Part shown: positions 9,829 to 19,515 of the stretch, piece by piece | Position numbering within the stretch: the first letter of the stretch is position 1 | Layout of the letters: every line of letters starts with the position of its first letter | Assembly: GCA_963798085.1 (NCBI GenBank) | Contig: CAWCRS010000008.1 | Location: 256,001-320,000 of the forward strand | Reading direction: 5' to 3' | DNA from: an uncultured Gemmatimonadales bacterium | Lineage (GTDB): Bacteria > Gemmatimonadota > Gemmatimonadetes > Longimicrobiales > RSA9 | DNA: 64,000 nucleotides | The notes under the pieces: generated by a model | Databases searched by the model: none | What the model saw: the letters and a program-made list of their open reading frames with translations, nothing else | Told to the model about the DNA's origin: nothing | Made by a program: the position numbers and the translations under genes

Positions 9829-11331
9829 ATGCCGTTAGCCGCGAACCTGGGCACCAAGGCGCCCGGCCAGCTGATCAAGTCGGAAGACTGGAACGCACTG
9901 GTCGCCGGCGTGAACGCCATCGAAAGCGCACTGGATGCGCGCATCACCAGCGTGGAAGGCGCCGTGACCACGCTGGGTACACGCATGAACGCCGCCGAAG
10001 CGAACATCGGCGGACTGCGCAGCGATGTCGACGACATCCTCGCCAGTACCTTCCGTATCACGCTGGCGACGGCAAAGGTGAACTACGCGCTGGGCGAGCT
10101 GGCCGAGATCACGGCCACCGTGCGTGATGCCCGCGGCCAGATTCCCGCCACCATCGCCACGGCGCCGCCCTCCGTGGATTTCGTGACCACGTGGGGCAAC
10201 CTCAAGGCCGCGCCCGGCTTCGTTTCGGTGGCCGGCGAGGCGGAGCGCAGCATCTCGGTGCAGTGCAATGCGCAGGGCGAGGCGCGGGTGCGGCTGTCGT
10301 CGGAGATCCTGCACGACATGACCAACGACATGGAGCTGGAGTTCAGCAATTTCCTCGATACCAGGGTGGGCACGCAGAACCTGAGGTTTGCGGATGTCGT
10401 GCTGAGTTCGAGCACACCTTCGGATCAGGGCGTCGCCACCGCCTACAAGGCCGCGACCGCCAGCTACGACAGCCCGCAGACCGGCAACTTCCGCGAGTAC
10501 GTGGACAGCTATTACGTGGCTAACAGCACGCGCATCGCGGGCAAGATCGCGCCCAGCATCACGAATCAGTGGCGCCAGCAGTGGCGCGACCACCACATCA
10601 CGGTGCTGGCTTTCGGCAAGGCGGATGGCGATCCGCGCACGCCGGACAGTGGCCGCGGCGCCAATGCCATCCAGGTCACGTTCCGCGACTGGATCGGCTC
10701 CTGGATGATCATCGACTACATTCCCGGCGCCGCCCAGCGCGTGCCCCAGTACATCAGTGTGCTGCAGGGCGCGATAACCCTGGATTACGAGCAGTCCGCC
10801 AACCTGATGCGCGATGCCGTGCAGCAGCGTGTGCAGGGCTTCGGCCTGCTGGGCAAGACGCGCGAGTACGAGGCGCTGCGCGGTGCCCTCGACCAGGTCA
10901 ATCCGCCCCAGCCGGTGGCGTTCATGGCACAGCTGCGGCAGTCCATGAAGTCGGCGGTCACACTGCAGCAGTCCTTCCAGCAGGCCCAGCTCACGACACC
11001 GGGCGCGGCCGCGGAGGAAGTGGCGCTCAACGCCTTCACCAGCACGGCCGTGCGCGCCGATTCGGCCGTCGCCGGCGTGAACGCGCAGGTGCTGCAGGTG
11101 CAGCAGGCGGTGCAGCTGGCGCAGCAGAACATCAGCTCGCTGGGCAGCCGCCTCGATGCCACGGCGGCAACCGGCGGGCAGATCGATCAGCTGCGCGCCA
11201 ACCTCACGACCGTCACGGACCAGGTGCATGCACTCCGCGCACTGGGTGATCCCACTGTGGTCAGTGACCGGCTCAACTTCATCTCGTCCCTCGACAACCG
11301 GCTCACCCGCATCGAGCGTGGAGGCACCTGA
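9829..11331 (+). CDS. Putative tail fibre / fibre-associated protein (anchor motif, coiled coil, Ig-like domain, C-terminal coiled coil)
   Basis: N-terminal PGQLIKSEDWNALV resembles baseplate-anchoring motifs of tail fibres; heptad-rich ends; AGGAG RBS; follows the wedge genes. Confidence 0.6.
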   Translation: MPLAANLGTKAPGQLIKSEDWNALVAGVNAIESALDARITSVEGAVTTLGTRMNAAEANIGGLRSDVDDILASTFRITLATAKVNYALGELAEITATVRDARGQIPATIATAPPSVDFVTTWGNLKAAPGFVSVAGEAERSISVQCNAQGEARVRLSSEILHDMTNDMELEFSNFLDTRVGTQNLRFADVVLSSSTPSDQGVATAYKAATASYDSPQTGNFREYVDSYYVANSTRIAGKIAPSITNQWRQQWRDHHITVLAFGKADGDPRTPDSGRGANAIQVTFRDWIGSWMIIDYIPGAAQRVPQYISVLQGAITLDYEQSANLMRDAVQQRVQGFGLLGKTREYEALRGALDQVNPPQPVAFMAQLRQSMKSAVTLQQSFQQAQLTTPGAAAEEVALNAFTSTAVRADSAVAGVNAQVLQVQQAVQLAQQNISSLGSRLDATAATGGQIDQLRANLTTVTDQVHALRALGDPTVVSDRLNFISSLDNRLTRIERGGT

Positions 11332-13268
11332 TGAGCAGTCGCCTGACCATTGCCGTGCAGGACGTGTCGCCGGCCAATGCGCAGCGCGTCCTGAACTTCC
11401 TCAACGCGGCCACCAGCGCGCAGCAGATCGCTGATACCATCGAGCTGCCCGGCGAGCTGGACATTGGCGTGCATCTCGCGCAGCGCCTGCTGGCGCGTCG
11501 CACACAGCTGGGCGGCTTCACCACGCTCCAGCAGGTGGCCGCTGTGCCGCTCATCGGACCCAAGCGCTTCACCGACATCATCATTTCCCTCACCGCGCAG
11601 CGCCCGAGCGGCGAGCCGCCCTCTCCCATCGACGCGCTGCAGCAGCAGCTGGATGCATTGCGGCGCCGCGTCGATGCCGGCAGCGCCGGTGCTGCCGCCG
11701 GGCGTCGTCGCCTGACCCTGTCCGCCGTGGGGCCGCACACTTTCCTGGGCCAGCCGCTGTCACTGGTGGCCACGCTGACGGAGGACGAACAGCCTGTTAC
11801 CGACGTGCCCATTGCCTTCGTTGCCACGCGTGGCGAGCTGAGCGCGCGCGACGGCTACGATGCCTGCCGCGGGCATTTCATCACCGCGCGCACCGGCATC
11901 GACGGCATCGTGCGACTCACGGTGCAGACGCGCACCACGGAAGCACTGTCGCCCCTGCAGCAGGATGCGCTGCTGTCAATGCTGGGCCTGCTCGATGCCG
12001 GCGCGCTGACACCCGCGGATGTCCAGGCGGGGCTGCAGGCCATGGCGCAGCAGTATGCGTGGGAAATCAATGTTCCCTTCCGTCAGGCCGTCGACATCTA
12101 CGTGCGCGATTATCACCCGCAGCTGCTCGACACCGTCAATCTGGTGGACAACCTGAGCGCATGGGTGTTCCAGGACTCGGCCGTGCTCGCGTTCGCGCCA
12201 GCCGAGGGAACGGGCGAGCAGGGCAGCTCCGTGGCGGCCACGGCCACGCTCCAGGTGCGCGCCACCGACTGGATCCCCGCGTTCCTCGAGACCTTTGTGG
12301 CGCTCACGCGGCAGAACAGCACGCTCACCGCCGAGCTGCGCGACATCTCGCTGACCTCGCCGGACCCGAGCGCCATGGTCAACGCGATGTACGACAAGGC
12401 TGGCGCCTATGTGGCATCGCGCTACGGCAAGGTGGGCGCGTACGTGGGGCGCAAGGTGGCCGAGTCGTCCATCCGTGGCTTCCTGGACCAGGACCTGGCC
12501 AGCCTGCCGCTGGACACGCGCATCGACCTGTTCCCCGCGCTGGATGTGGCCTCGCGCACGATCGCACACGCCGATGTCGGCGTGATCCAGGGGCTGGTCA
12601 GCACGCGCAAGGACATCACCCAGGACGTGGATCGCAAGATCGGCAAGGGCACGGTTACGCTGGGCCTGCTCAACACGCGCGTGGGCAAGGCCGAGGCCCA
12701 GCTGACGCAGGTTCCCGATAACACCGCATTGCTGAACCTGCGCACCGAAATGCTCAACGCCGTGCAGACCTCGCGCAACGATCTGACGCTTGCCATTGAT
12801 GCCACGCGCAAGGACCTGACCGTCGCCATTGACACCACGCGCAAGGACCTGACCACTTCGGTGGACGCGGCGCGCAAGGACTTCACGCTCGGCCTGTCGC
12901 AGACGAATGCGGACATCACGAAGCTGCGCACCAATGTGGACGCCATCAAGCCGCGACTCAATGCGACGCTCTCGCAGGCCGACCTGGACACGGCACTGGC
13001 CGACAAGGTCACCAACACACAGCTCAACAGCGCGCTTGCCGACCGTGTAACCACCACACAGATGGACACGGCACTGGCCGATCGCGTTACCACCACGCAG
13101 ATGAACACCGCCCTGTCGGACCGGGTGACCACGGCGCAGCTGAATGCCGGTCTGGCCACGCGCGTCGACACGGCCACATTCAACAGCTTCAGCGGCAACG
13201 TGAATCAGCAGTTCAAGACCGTGAACACGTCGATCACCACGATCAACGGCCGGCTGCCGCGGCAGTGA
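11331..13268 (+). CDS. Putative fibre protein with N-terminal ComEA-like helix-hairpin-helix domain, Ig-like domain and C-terminal repeat stalk
   Basis: LNFLNAATSAQQI...IGVHLAQRLLARRTQLGGFTTLQQVAAVPLIGPKRF matches the HhH_3/ComEA pattern; 11- and 13-aa repeats at the C-terminus; start overlaps the previous stop. Confidence 0.7.
   Translation: MSSRLTIAVQDVSPANAQRVLNFLNAATSAQQIADTIELPGELDIGVHLAQRLLARRTQLGGFTTLQQVAAVPLIGPKRFTDIIISLTAQRPSGEPPSPIDALQQQLDALRRRVDAGSAGAAAGRRRLTLSAVGPHTFLGQPLSLVATLTEDEQPVTDVPIAFVATRGELSARDGYDACRGHFITARTGIDGIVRLTVQTRTTEALSPLQQDALLSMLGLLDAGALTPADVQAGLQAMAQQYAWEINVPFRQAVDIYVRDYHPQLLDTVNLVDNLSAWVFQDSAVLAFAPAEGTGEQGSSVAATATLQVRATDWIPAFLETFVALTRQNSTLTAELRDISLTSPDPSAMVNAMYDKAGAYVASRYGKVGAYVGRKVAESSIRGFLDQDLASLPLDTRIDLFPALDVASRTIAHADVGVIQGLVSTRKDITQDVDRKIGKGTVTLGLLNTRVGKAEAQLTQVPDNTALLNLRTEMLNAVQTSRNDLTLAIDATRKDLTVAIDTTRKDLTTSVDAARKDFTLGLSQTNADITKLRTNVDAIKPRLNATLSQADLDTALADKVTNTQLNSALADRVTTTQMDTALADRVTTTQMNTALSDRVTTAQLNAGLATRVDTATFNSFSGNVNQQFKTVNTSITTINGRLPRQ
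12770..12890 (+). repeat. Intragenic 11-aa (33-nt) imperfect tandem repeats (IDATRKDLTVA / IDTTRKDLTTS / VDAARKDFTLG)
   Basis: Read directly from the translation; cgcaaggac recurs every 33 nt. Confidence 0.85.
12981..13180 (+). repeat. Intragenic 13-aa (39-nt) imperfect tandem repeats (DTALADKVTNTQL / NSALADRVTTTQM / DTALADRVTTTQM / NTALSDRVTTAQL)
   Basis: About five units seen directly in the translation. Confidence 0.9.
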
Positions 13269-13281
13269 CCAGGGCAGATCG

Positions 13282-15357
13282 ATGAACCTGCAGTCGGTGG
13301 CGTTCACGGGCGCTGACGCACTGGCGATGACGCTCTTCGCGTTGCGTTCGCCCGTCACGGTCAACGGCCGTTCCGTCTTCCGCCGCGTCTTCGGCCTGCG
13401 CATCAGCTCGGGTGGGCTGGCCGACGGCATTCGCTTCGCTGCCGCGGCCTCGCATTTGGCGCTGACCTTCGGCGCCAATGACAACTTCGATGTCCGCGCG
13501 GCCGGCATCGCCAATGTGCAGGCGAAAGGCGGCAGCACACTCATCGTCGAGTTGCCCGCGCCCGTGCGCGTGCGCGGCGCGCACCTCACGGGCGGCGTCA
13601 CCTCGGACGCCTTCACAATCGACCTGTTCCGCATGGATGGCGATGAGCTGGCCGGCGATCCTACCAAGTCGTTCACCAACAACGGCAATGTCAGTGGCGA
13701 TTTCACGGACCGCCGCTTCGCGCTGCGGCTGCGCAAGCAGGACGGCAGCTTCGTGGCCATCACACCGGCCAACCTGACGCAGCTGCGCGTGCTCGGGCTG
13801 CCCACCGCCGCGCGCGCGGGCCTTGCACCCGCCGGCCAGGACCCGGCCAGCGCGCTGTTCTTCTTCAACCTGCCCGGCGTGGTGGGACAGAACACGAACA
13901 GCCCGTCCGGCAATGCCGACATCGGCGCGCCGCTGGCCGCCGCGCTGGAGCAGCAGATCGGCGCACTCGAGCCGCCGTTCCCCGATCCGCTCGACCTGCT
14001 GCTGGTCGTGGAATCGGATGCGCCCTGTCAGCTGCAGGTCAACAGCTTCGCCCTGCCGCTGACCCTGGAACGCACGCATTTCCGCGCCTTGCTGCTGCGT
14101 GCCGAGGACGTGACTGACCCGGTCGCCTTCCTCACCCGCCTGCACGATGGATCGGCGCCACTAACAGCCTATTTGCGCAGCCATCTGGCGCCGCCCACAC
14201 TGGCCGCGATCGAGCGCACCATCGGTGGCAGGGCGCCGGCGCGCGTGATCGAGGCCGTCGCGCGTGACCTGAACAGCCTGCTGCAGGCGGATGCCGTGTA
14301 TGCGGCCACGCGCTTCCAGGGGATCAGCCTCACGCCGGAGACACTGGCCGCGGCGCAGGCAGGCGCCACGGGCACCAGGCGTACGCGCCTGAATCGCACA
14401 CTGCTCGAGGAGGCGTTCCCGGGTGTGCTGGCGCCCATCCCGCCATCCGGCAGTGACGAGAAGGAAACGCTGCGCGCGCAGGGCGCGACCGCGACACTCG
14501 AGGTGCACGTCGAGCTGCCCCGCGCCGCGCTGATCAGCGCGGCCACGCTGCGCATGGAAGCCAGTCTGCGGGGTGATGCACCCGGTGGCGCCCGCGGGGA
14601 GGACGGCGCTGACGCAGGCGAGGATGGTGGCGGTGCGAACGGCGGGGAGTGGCAGGCGAGCATCCCGGACACCACAGGCGTCGCGGCCAATGCCACGCGC
14701 GCCGTCGCCCGGCGCTTCCAGCCGGAGGCCGCGCTGCACGCCAGTGGCATGGCCCTCGCCCTCGCCGGCATTGCCCCGAGCAATGAGCTGACGGCGGAAA
14801 TCCGGGCCGAGGAAGGCGGAGCGCCCACAGGCCGCACCGTCGCCTCCGGTAAGGTCGTGTTAGAAGCGCTCGACGACCCGGCCTGGGTCCATTTTCCGTT
14901 CGCCGCCGCGGCCGTGCTGCAGGCGAAGCCGTACTGGATCGTGCTGCGCGCCACGCAGGGGGCGGTATTGTGGCTGGCGGATCAGCAGCCCGCGATCACA
15001 CGCGTGGGTGACCCGGCGCCCAGAGGCTGGACCGACCGCGGCGGCTTCAGTGACATCGCGCCGCTGCACCAGATCTGGGAGCGCGGCGCAGCGCCGCGGG
15101 CAGTCGCCGGAGACGGCGGCAGCGGCAGCAGCGGCCAGGATCTGAGCGGACGACTGCGCGTGAAGATCGGCGACATGATTCTCACACCCCTTCCAGCCCA
15201 GGGCAGGGCAGTCACCGTTGACATCACCGCTGCCCTGGCCAGCTGGCTCGCGGCGCAGCCGGCGTCGCCGCCCATCGTCACTGTGCCCATCGCGATTGCC
15301 GCACTGGGAAAGGGGACCGTCACCGTGTATCCGCCGGAGATACGCTACAGCCTCTGA
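13282..15357 (+). CDS. 691-aa hypothetical protein, last gene of the tail operon; beta-rich, possible receptor-binding or fibre-tip protein
   Basis: Starts 13 bp after the previous gene on the same strand; no signal peptide; shares a helical domain with the gp7-like gene. Confidence 0.65.
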   Translation: MNLQSVAFTGADALAMTLFALRSPVTVNGRSVFRRVFGLRISSGGLADGIRFAAAASHLALTFGANDNFDVRAAGIANVQAKGGSTLIVELPAPVRVRGAHLTGGVTSDAFTIDLFRMDGDELAGDPTKSFTNNGNVSGDFTDRRFALRLRKQDGSFVAITPANLTQLRVLGLPTAARAGLAPAGQDPASALFFFNLPGVVGQNTNSPSGNADIGAPLAAALEQQIGALEPPFPDPLDLLLVVESDAPCQLQVNSFALPLTLERTHFRALLLRAEDVTDPVAFLTRLHDGSAPLTAYLRSHLAPPTLAAIERTIGGRAPARVIEAVARDLNSLLQADAVYAATRFQGISLTPETLAAAQAGATGTRRTRLNRTLLEEAFPGVLAPIPPSGSDEKETLRAQGATATLEVHVELPRAALISAATLRMEASLRGDAPGGARGEDGADAGEDGGGANGGEWQASIPDTTGVAANATRAVARRFQPEAALHASGMALALAGIAPSNELTAEIRAEEGGAPTGRTVASGKVVLEALDDPAWVHFPFAAAAVLQAKPYWIVLRATQGAVLWLADQQPAITRVGDPAPRGWTDRGGFSDIAPLHQIWERGAAPRAVAGDGGSGSSGQDLSGRLRVKIGDMILTPLPAQGRAVTVDITAALASWLAAQPASPPIVTVPIAIAALGKGTVTVYPPEIRYSL

Positions 15358-15437
15358 CACGGCGCAACGTGGCAGAGTCCGGCGCGGCTGGTTACGTTGA
15401 CAGACAACCGCTCACGCACCGGCACCGTGGAGCGTCC

Positions 15438-16514
15438 ATGCCTGTGAACCATTCCCTGCGATCCGCGATCCGCACGGCTGTCCTCGCGATTGCCGCTTTG
15501 CCCCTGGCCCTCGCCGCGCAGGGCAATAGCTCGCCCACCAACGACGCGCCCAATCCGTACCGCACGATCGAAGGCTGGGCGAAGCTGCCGGACGGCCGGA
15601 CGTGGGGCTCGACCAGTGCCGTCGACATCGATCCCGACGGCGTGAGCATCTGGGTGGCGGAGCGCTGCGGCGCCAACAGCTGCGCCGGCTCCGATCTCGA
15701 TCCCATCATGAAGTTCGATTCCACAGGCAGGCTGGTCGTGAGCTTCGGCAAAGGCCTGCTGCTCTCGCCGCACGGCATCTTCGTCGATCGCCAGGGCAAC
15801 GTGTGGGTCACGGATTGTGCGTGCACGGGCGGTGGCGGCCGCGGCCGTGGTGAGGCGGCGCCGGCGGGCCCGCCGAAGGGTCACCAGGTCTTCGAGTTCA
15901 GCCCGGACGGCAGGCTGCTCCTGACACTGGGCAAGGCGGGCGGCGCGCGCGAGCCGGATTTCTTCTGGCAGCCGAACGACGTGCTGGTCGCACCCAATGG
16001 TGAGATTTTCGTCGCGGAAGGCCATGCCTCGAGCGATGGCGCCAACGCGCGTGTGCTGCGCTTCACGAAGGACGGCAGATTCCTGAAGGCGTTCGGCGTG
16101 AAGGGCACCGGGCCCGGCCAGTTCGACCAGCCGCACGCGCTGGCCATGGATTCGAGAGGCCGGCTGTTCATCGGCGATCGCGGTAACAACCGGGTCGTCA
16201 TTACCGACGTGGACGGCAAGGTGCTGGACACGTGGTACCAGTTCAGCCGGCCCAGCGGTATCTGGATCGACCGCAGCGACAACATCTATGTCGCGGACTC
16301 CGAGTCGGGCTCTGTCGCGAAGACGCGGACGGACTGGAAGCGCGGCATCCGCATTGGCAGCGTGCGCGACGGCCGCGTCACGGCCTTCATCCCGGATCCG
16401 GCGGAGAATCCGCCCAGCACGAGCGCGGCCGAGGGCGTTGCCGTAGATTCCCGCGGCAACATCTACGGCGCCGAAGTCGGGCCGCGAGCATTGAAGAAAT
16501 ATGTCAGACGTTGA
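15438..16514 (+). CDS. Secreted NHL-repeat beta-propeller protein (peptidylglycine alpha-amidating lyase-like)
   Basis: GGAG RBS, signal peptide, NHL repeats ([55 protein letters not shown]). Confidence 0.85.
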   Translation: MPVNHSLRSAIRTAVLAIAALPLALAAQGNSSPTNDAPNPYRTIEGWAKLPDGRTWGSTSAVDIDPDGVSIWVAERCGANSCAGSDLDPIMKFDSTGRLVVSFGKGLLLSPHGIFVDRQGNVWVTDCACTGGGGRGRGEAAPAGPPKGHQVFEFSPDGRLLLTLGKAGGAREPDFFWQPNDVLVAPNGEIFVAEGHASSDGANARVLRFTKDGRFLKAFGVKGTGPGQFDQPHALAMDSRGRLFIGDRGNNRVVITDVDGKVLDTWYQFSRPSGIWIDRSDNIYVADSESGSVAKTRTDWKRGIRIGSVRDGRVTAFIPDPAENPPSTSAAEGVAVDSRGNIYGAEVGPRALKKYVRR

Positions 16515-16557
16515 AGATTCGGCGTATCCACTGACCACGCCACGGAGCGGTATCGCC

Positions 16558-17058
16558 ATGACGGTCTCCTTCAAGGTCAACGGGAAAGCCACCACGGTGG
16601 ACGTCCCCGCCGACATGCCCCTGCTCTGGATCCTGCGCGATGTGCTGGATCTCAAGGGCACCAAATACGGCTGCGGCATCAATCAGTGCGGTGCGTGTTC
16701 GGTCCATCGCGATGGGCAGCTGGTGCGCTCCTGTCGGGTCGCGGCCTCGACGCTGCAGGGCGCCGAGATCACCACGATCGAGGGCCTCTCGCCCGGTGGC
16801 ACGCACCCGGTGCAGCGCGCCTGGGAAGCGCTCGATGTGCCGCAGTGCGGCTACTGCCAGGCCGGTCAGGTCATGGCCGCCGCCGCATTGCTCGCGACGA
16901 CGCCCAACCCCACGGACGAGCAGATCGACACGGCCATGAACCGCAACATCTGCCGTTGCGCCACCTACATGCGCATCCGTGAGGCGATTCATCGGGCGGC
17001 GACAATGCCCGCCACGGAAACCGGCGGCAGCGGACGCGACGGCAAGTCCGGCGACTGA
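16558..17058 (+). CDS. iorA: (2Fe-2S)-binding small subunit, isoquinoline 1-oxidoreductase alpha / CoxS family
   Basis: [33 protein letters not shown] motifs. Confidence 0.9.
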   Translation: MTVSFKVNGKATTVDVPADMPLLWILRDVLDLKGTKYGCGINQCGACSVHRDGQLVRSCRVAASTLQGAEITTIEGLSPGGTHPVQRAWEALDVPQCGYCQAGQVMAAAALLATTPNPTDEQIDTAMNRNICRCATYMRIREAIHRAATMPATETGGSGRDGKSGD

Positions 17059-17132
17059 AGCGCTGAGCAGAGCGCGACGCCCGGAGCGGCGCGCGTCAGG
17101 CATTGACTACACGAGAGCGAGCGGGAGCGATC

Positions 17133-19368
17133 ATGGAAACGACATTGAGCGTCAGTCGCCGGCAGTTCGTGCGCGTCAGCGCCGTGGCCGGCGGCGGTAT
17201 GCTGATCGGCACATCGCTGCAGTGGCTGGGGCCGAAGGATGCGCTGGCCGAAGAGCTGCGCGCCGAGGGCGAGCTCAACGCCTACATCCGCATCACACCC
17301 GACAACATCGTCACGATCGTCGCCAAGAACCCGGAGATCGGGCAGGGCGTCAAGACGATGCTGCCCATGATCATCGCGGATGAGCTGGATGTCGACTGGA
17401 AGAACGTGCGCATCGAGCAGGGCGATCTGGACACCACGAAGTTCACCGGCCAGGGCGCAGGCGGCAGCACGGCAACGCCCACGAACTGGATCCCCATGCG
17501 TCGTGTGGGCGCCGCGGGCCGTGCCATGCTCGTGGCCGCGGCCGCGCAGACGTGGGGTGTGGCCGAGGCGGAATGCGAGACCGGCGCCGGCGTGGTGCAG
17601 CATCGTGCCACCAGCCGCAAGCTGACCTACGGCGAGCTGGCCACGAAGGCCGCGTCTCTGCCCGCGCCCGATCTCGAGACCGTGAAGCTGAAGGACCCGA
17701 AGGACTTCAGGATCATCGGCACGCGCGTACCCGGTGTCGACAATCACTCGATCATCACGGGCAAGCCGCTGTACGGCATCGACATGACACTGCCCGGCAT
17801 GCTCTACGCGCAGTACGTGAAGTGCCCGGTCTTCGCCGGCAAGGTGGCGAGCGCCAATGTGGACGAGCTGAAAGCCGAGCCCGGTGTGAAGAGCGCCTTC
17901 GTCATCGAGGGTGGCGACCAGCTGGCAGGTCTGTTAGGCGGCGTCGCCATTGTGGGCGAGACCTGGTGGCACGTGCGCAGTGCGCGTCAGAAGCTCAAGG
18001 TCACGTGGAACGAAGGACCCACGGCATCGCAGAGCAGTGTCGGCTTCGCGCAGCAGGCGGCCGCAATCTCGAAGCAGCCGCCGCAGCGCTCGCTGCGCAA
18101 GGATGGCGATCCCGATGGCGCGCTCAAGAGCGCCGCGAAGGTGGTCGAGGCCGCGTACTTCTATCCCTTCATCTCCCACTCGCCGCTCGAGCCGCAGAAC
18201 TGCACGGCGCAGTTCCAGAATGGCAAGCTGGAGATGTGGGCGCCCACGCAGCAGCCGCAGGGCGGCCGCGGCCTGGTGGCTCGCACCCTCGGCATCGACG
18301 AGAACGACATCACGATTCACATGACGCGCAGCGGCGGCGGCTTCGGCCGGCGCCTCAACAACGACTACATGGTCGAAGCCGCGGCCATCGCGAAACAGCT
18401 GAACGGTCCGCCCGTGAAGCTGCTCTGGATGCGCGAAGACGACATGGCGCACGACTTCTATCGCCCGGCCGGCTTCCATTATCTCAAGGCCGGCGTCGAT
18501 GCGAGCGGCAAGGTGACCGCGTGGAAGAACCACTTCGTCACGTTCGGTGAAGGCGATCGCTTCGCGTCCAGTGCCTCATTGGGGGCGACCGAGTTCCCGC
18601 AGCCCTTCATTCGATAATTATGCGCTCGATGCTTCCCTGATTCCTCTGGGGGTGCCCACCGGTGCACTGCGCGCGCCCACCAGCAACGGTGTGGCCTTCG
18701 TGATGCAGTCGTTCATTGACGAACTGGCGCACGCCGCCGGCAAGGACCCGGTGCAGTTCCGCCTGGACCTGCTGGCTAACACGAAGCCAGCCGATCCGGC
18801 CCCCGCCGGCCGCGGCGGCCGCGGCGGCGCCGGCTTCGGCTTCGACGCCTCGCGCATGAGCGGCGTGCTCAAACTGGTGGCGGACAAGAGCGGCTGGGGC
18901 AAACAGACCCTGCCCCGCGGTACCGGCATGGGCGTTGCCTTCCACTTCAGCCATCGCGGCTATTTCGCGGAAGTCGTGCGCGCCTCGGTCAGCCAGGCTG
19001 GCCTGGTGAAAGTCGAGAAGGTCTGGGTCGCCGGCGACGTCGGCAGCCAGATCATCAATCCCAGCAACGCCGAGAGCCAGGTGCAGGGCGCCATCCTCGA
19101 CGGCATCGCCGAAGCCCTCGACCAGGAGATCACCATCGATCGCGGCCGCACCGTGCAGAGCAACTTCAACAACTTCCACCTGCTGCGCCTGGCCCAGGCG
19201 CCCGCCGCCATCGAAGTGCACTTCAACATCACCGATTTCCCCGTGACCGGCATGGGCGAACCCGCCCTGCCCCCCGTGATCCCCGCCCTCTGCAACGCCA
19301 TCTTCCAGGCGACGGGCAAGCGCGTGCGCTCACTGCCCCTGTCCAGGCAGGATCTCAAGTGGGCGTGA
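17133..19368 (+). CDS. iorB: Molybdopterin-binding large subunit, isoquinoline 1-oxidoreductase beta family, Tat signal; apparent frameshift near 18611
   Basis: SRRQFV Tat motif, [38 protein letters not shown]. ORFs 17103 and 18547 join with one base removed (PFI-DNYAL). Confidence 0.88.
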
Positions 19369-19515
19369 TAGTCATGGGTTAGTTGTTCCCAGAGCGTTGC
19401 CGGGGCTGGGGCTGGGGAACGGAATCTGGCGGGCCGGTTTGCGCGGTGGGATGCGCGACCGGCCCGTCTCGCGTCACCTCAATTCCGCAGAAAAGAAAAC
19501 AGCAGCCCCGACCCG

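Noticed and set aside
12770..13200. CRISPR-like periodic repeats
   Set aside because: In-frame, degenerate at third positions, no unique spacers and no cas genes; these are protein repeats.
1..15357. Intact prophage
   Set aside because: No head, packaging, lysis, integrase or att features after the fibre genes, and composition resembles the host genes. Cannot be excluded without upstream sequence.
4900..18620. Programmed ribosomal frameshifting at the gp25, gp7-like and iorB breaks
   Set aside because: No slippery heptamers at the junctions, and similar single-base insertions occur across unrelated genes.
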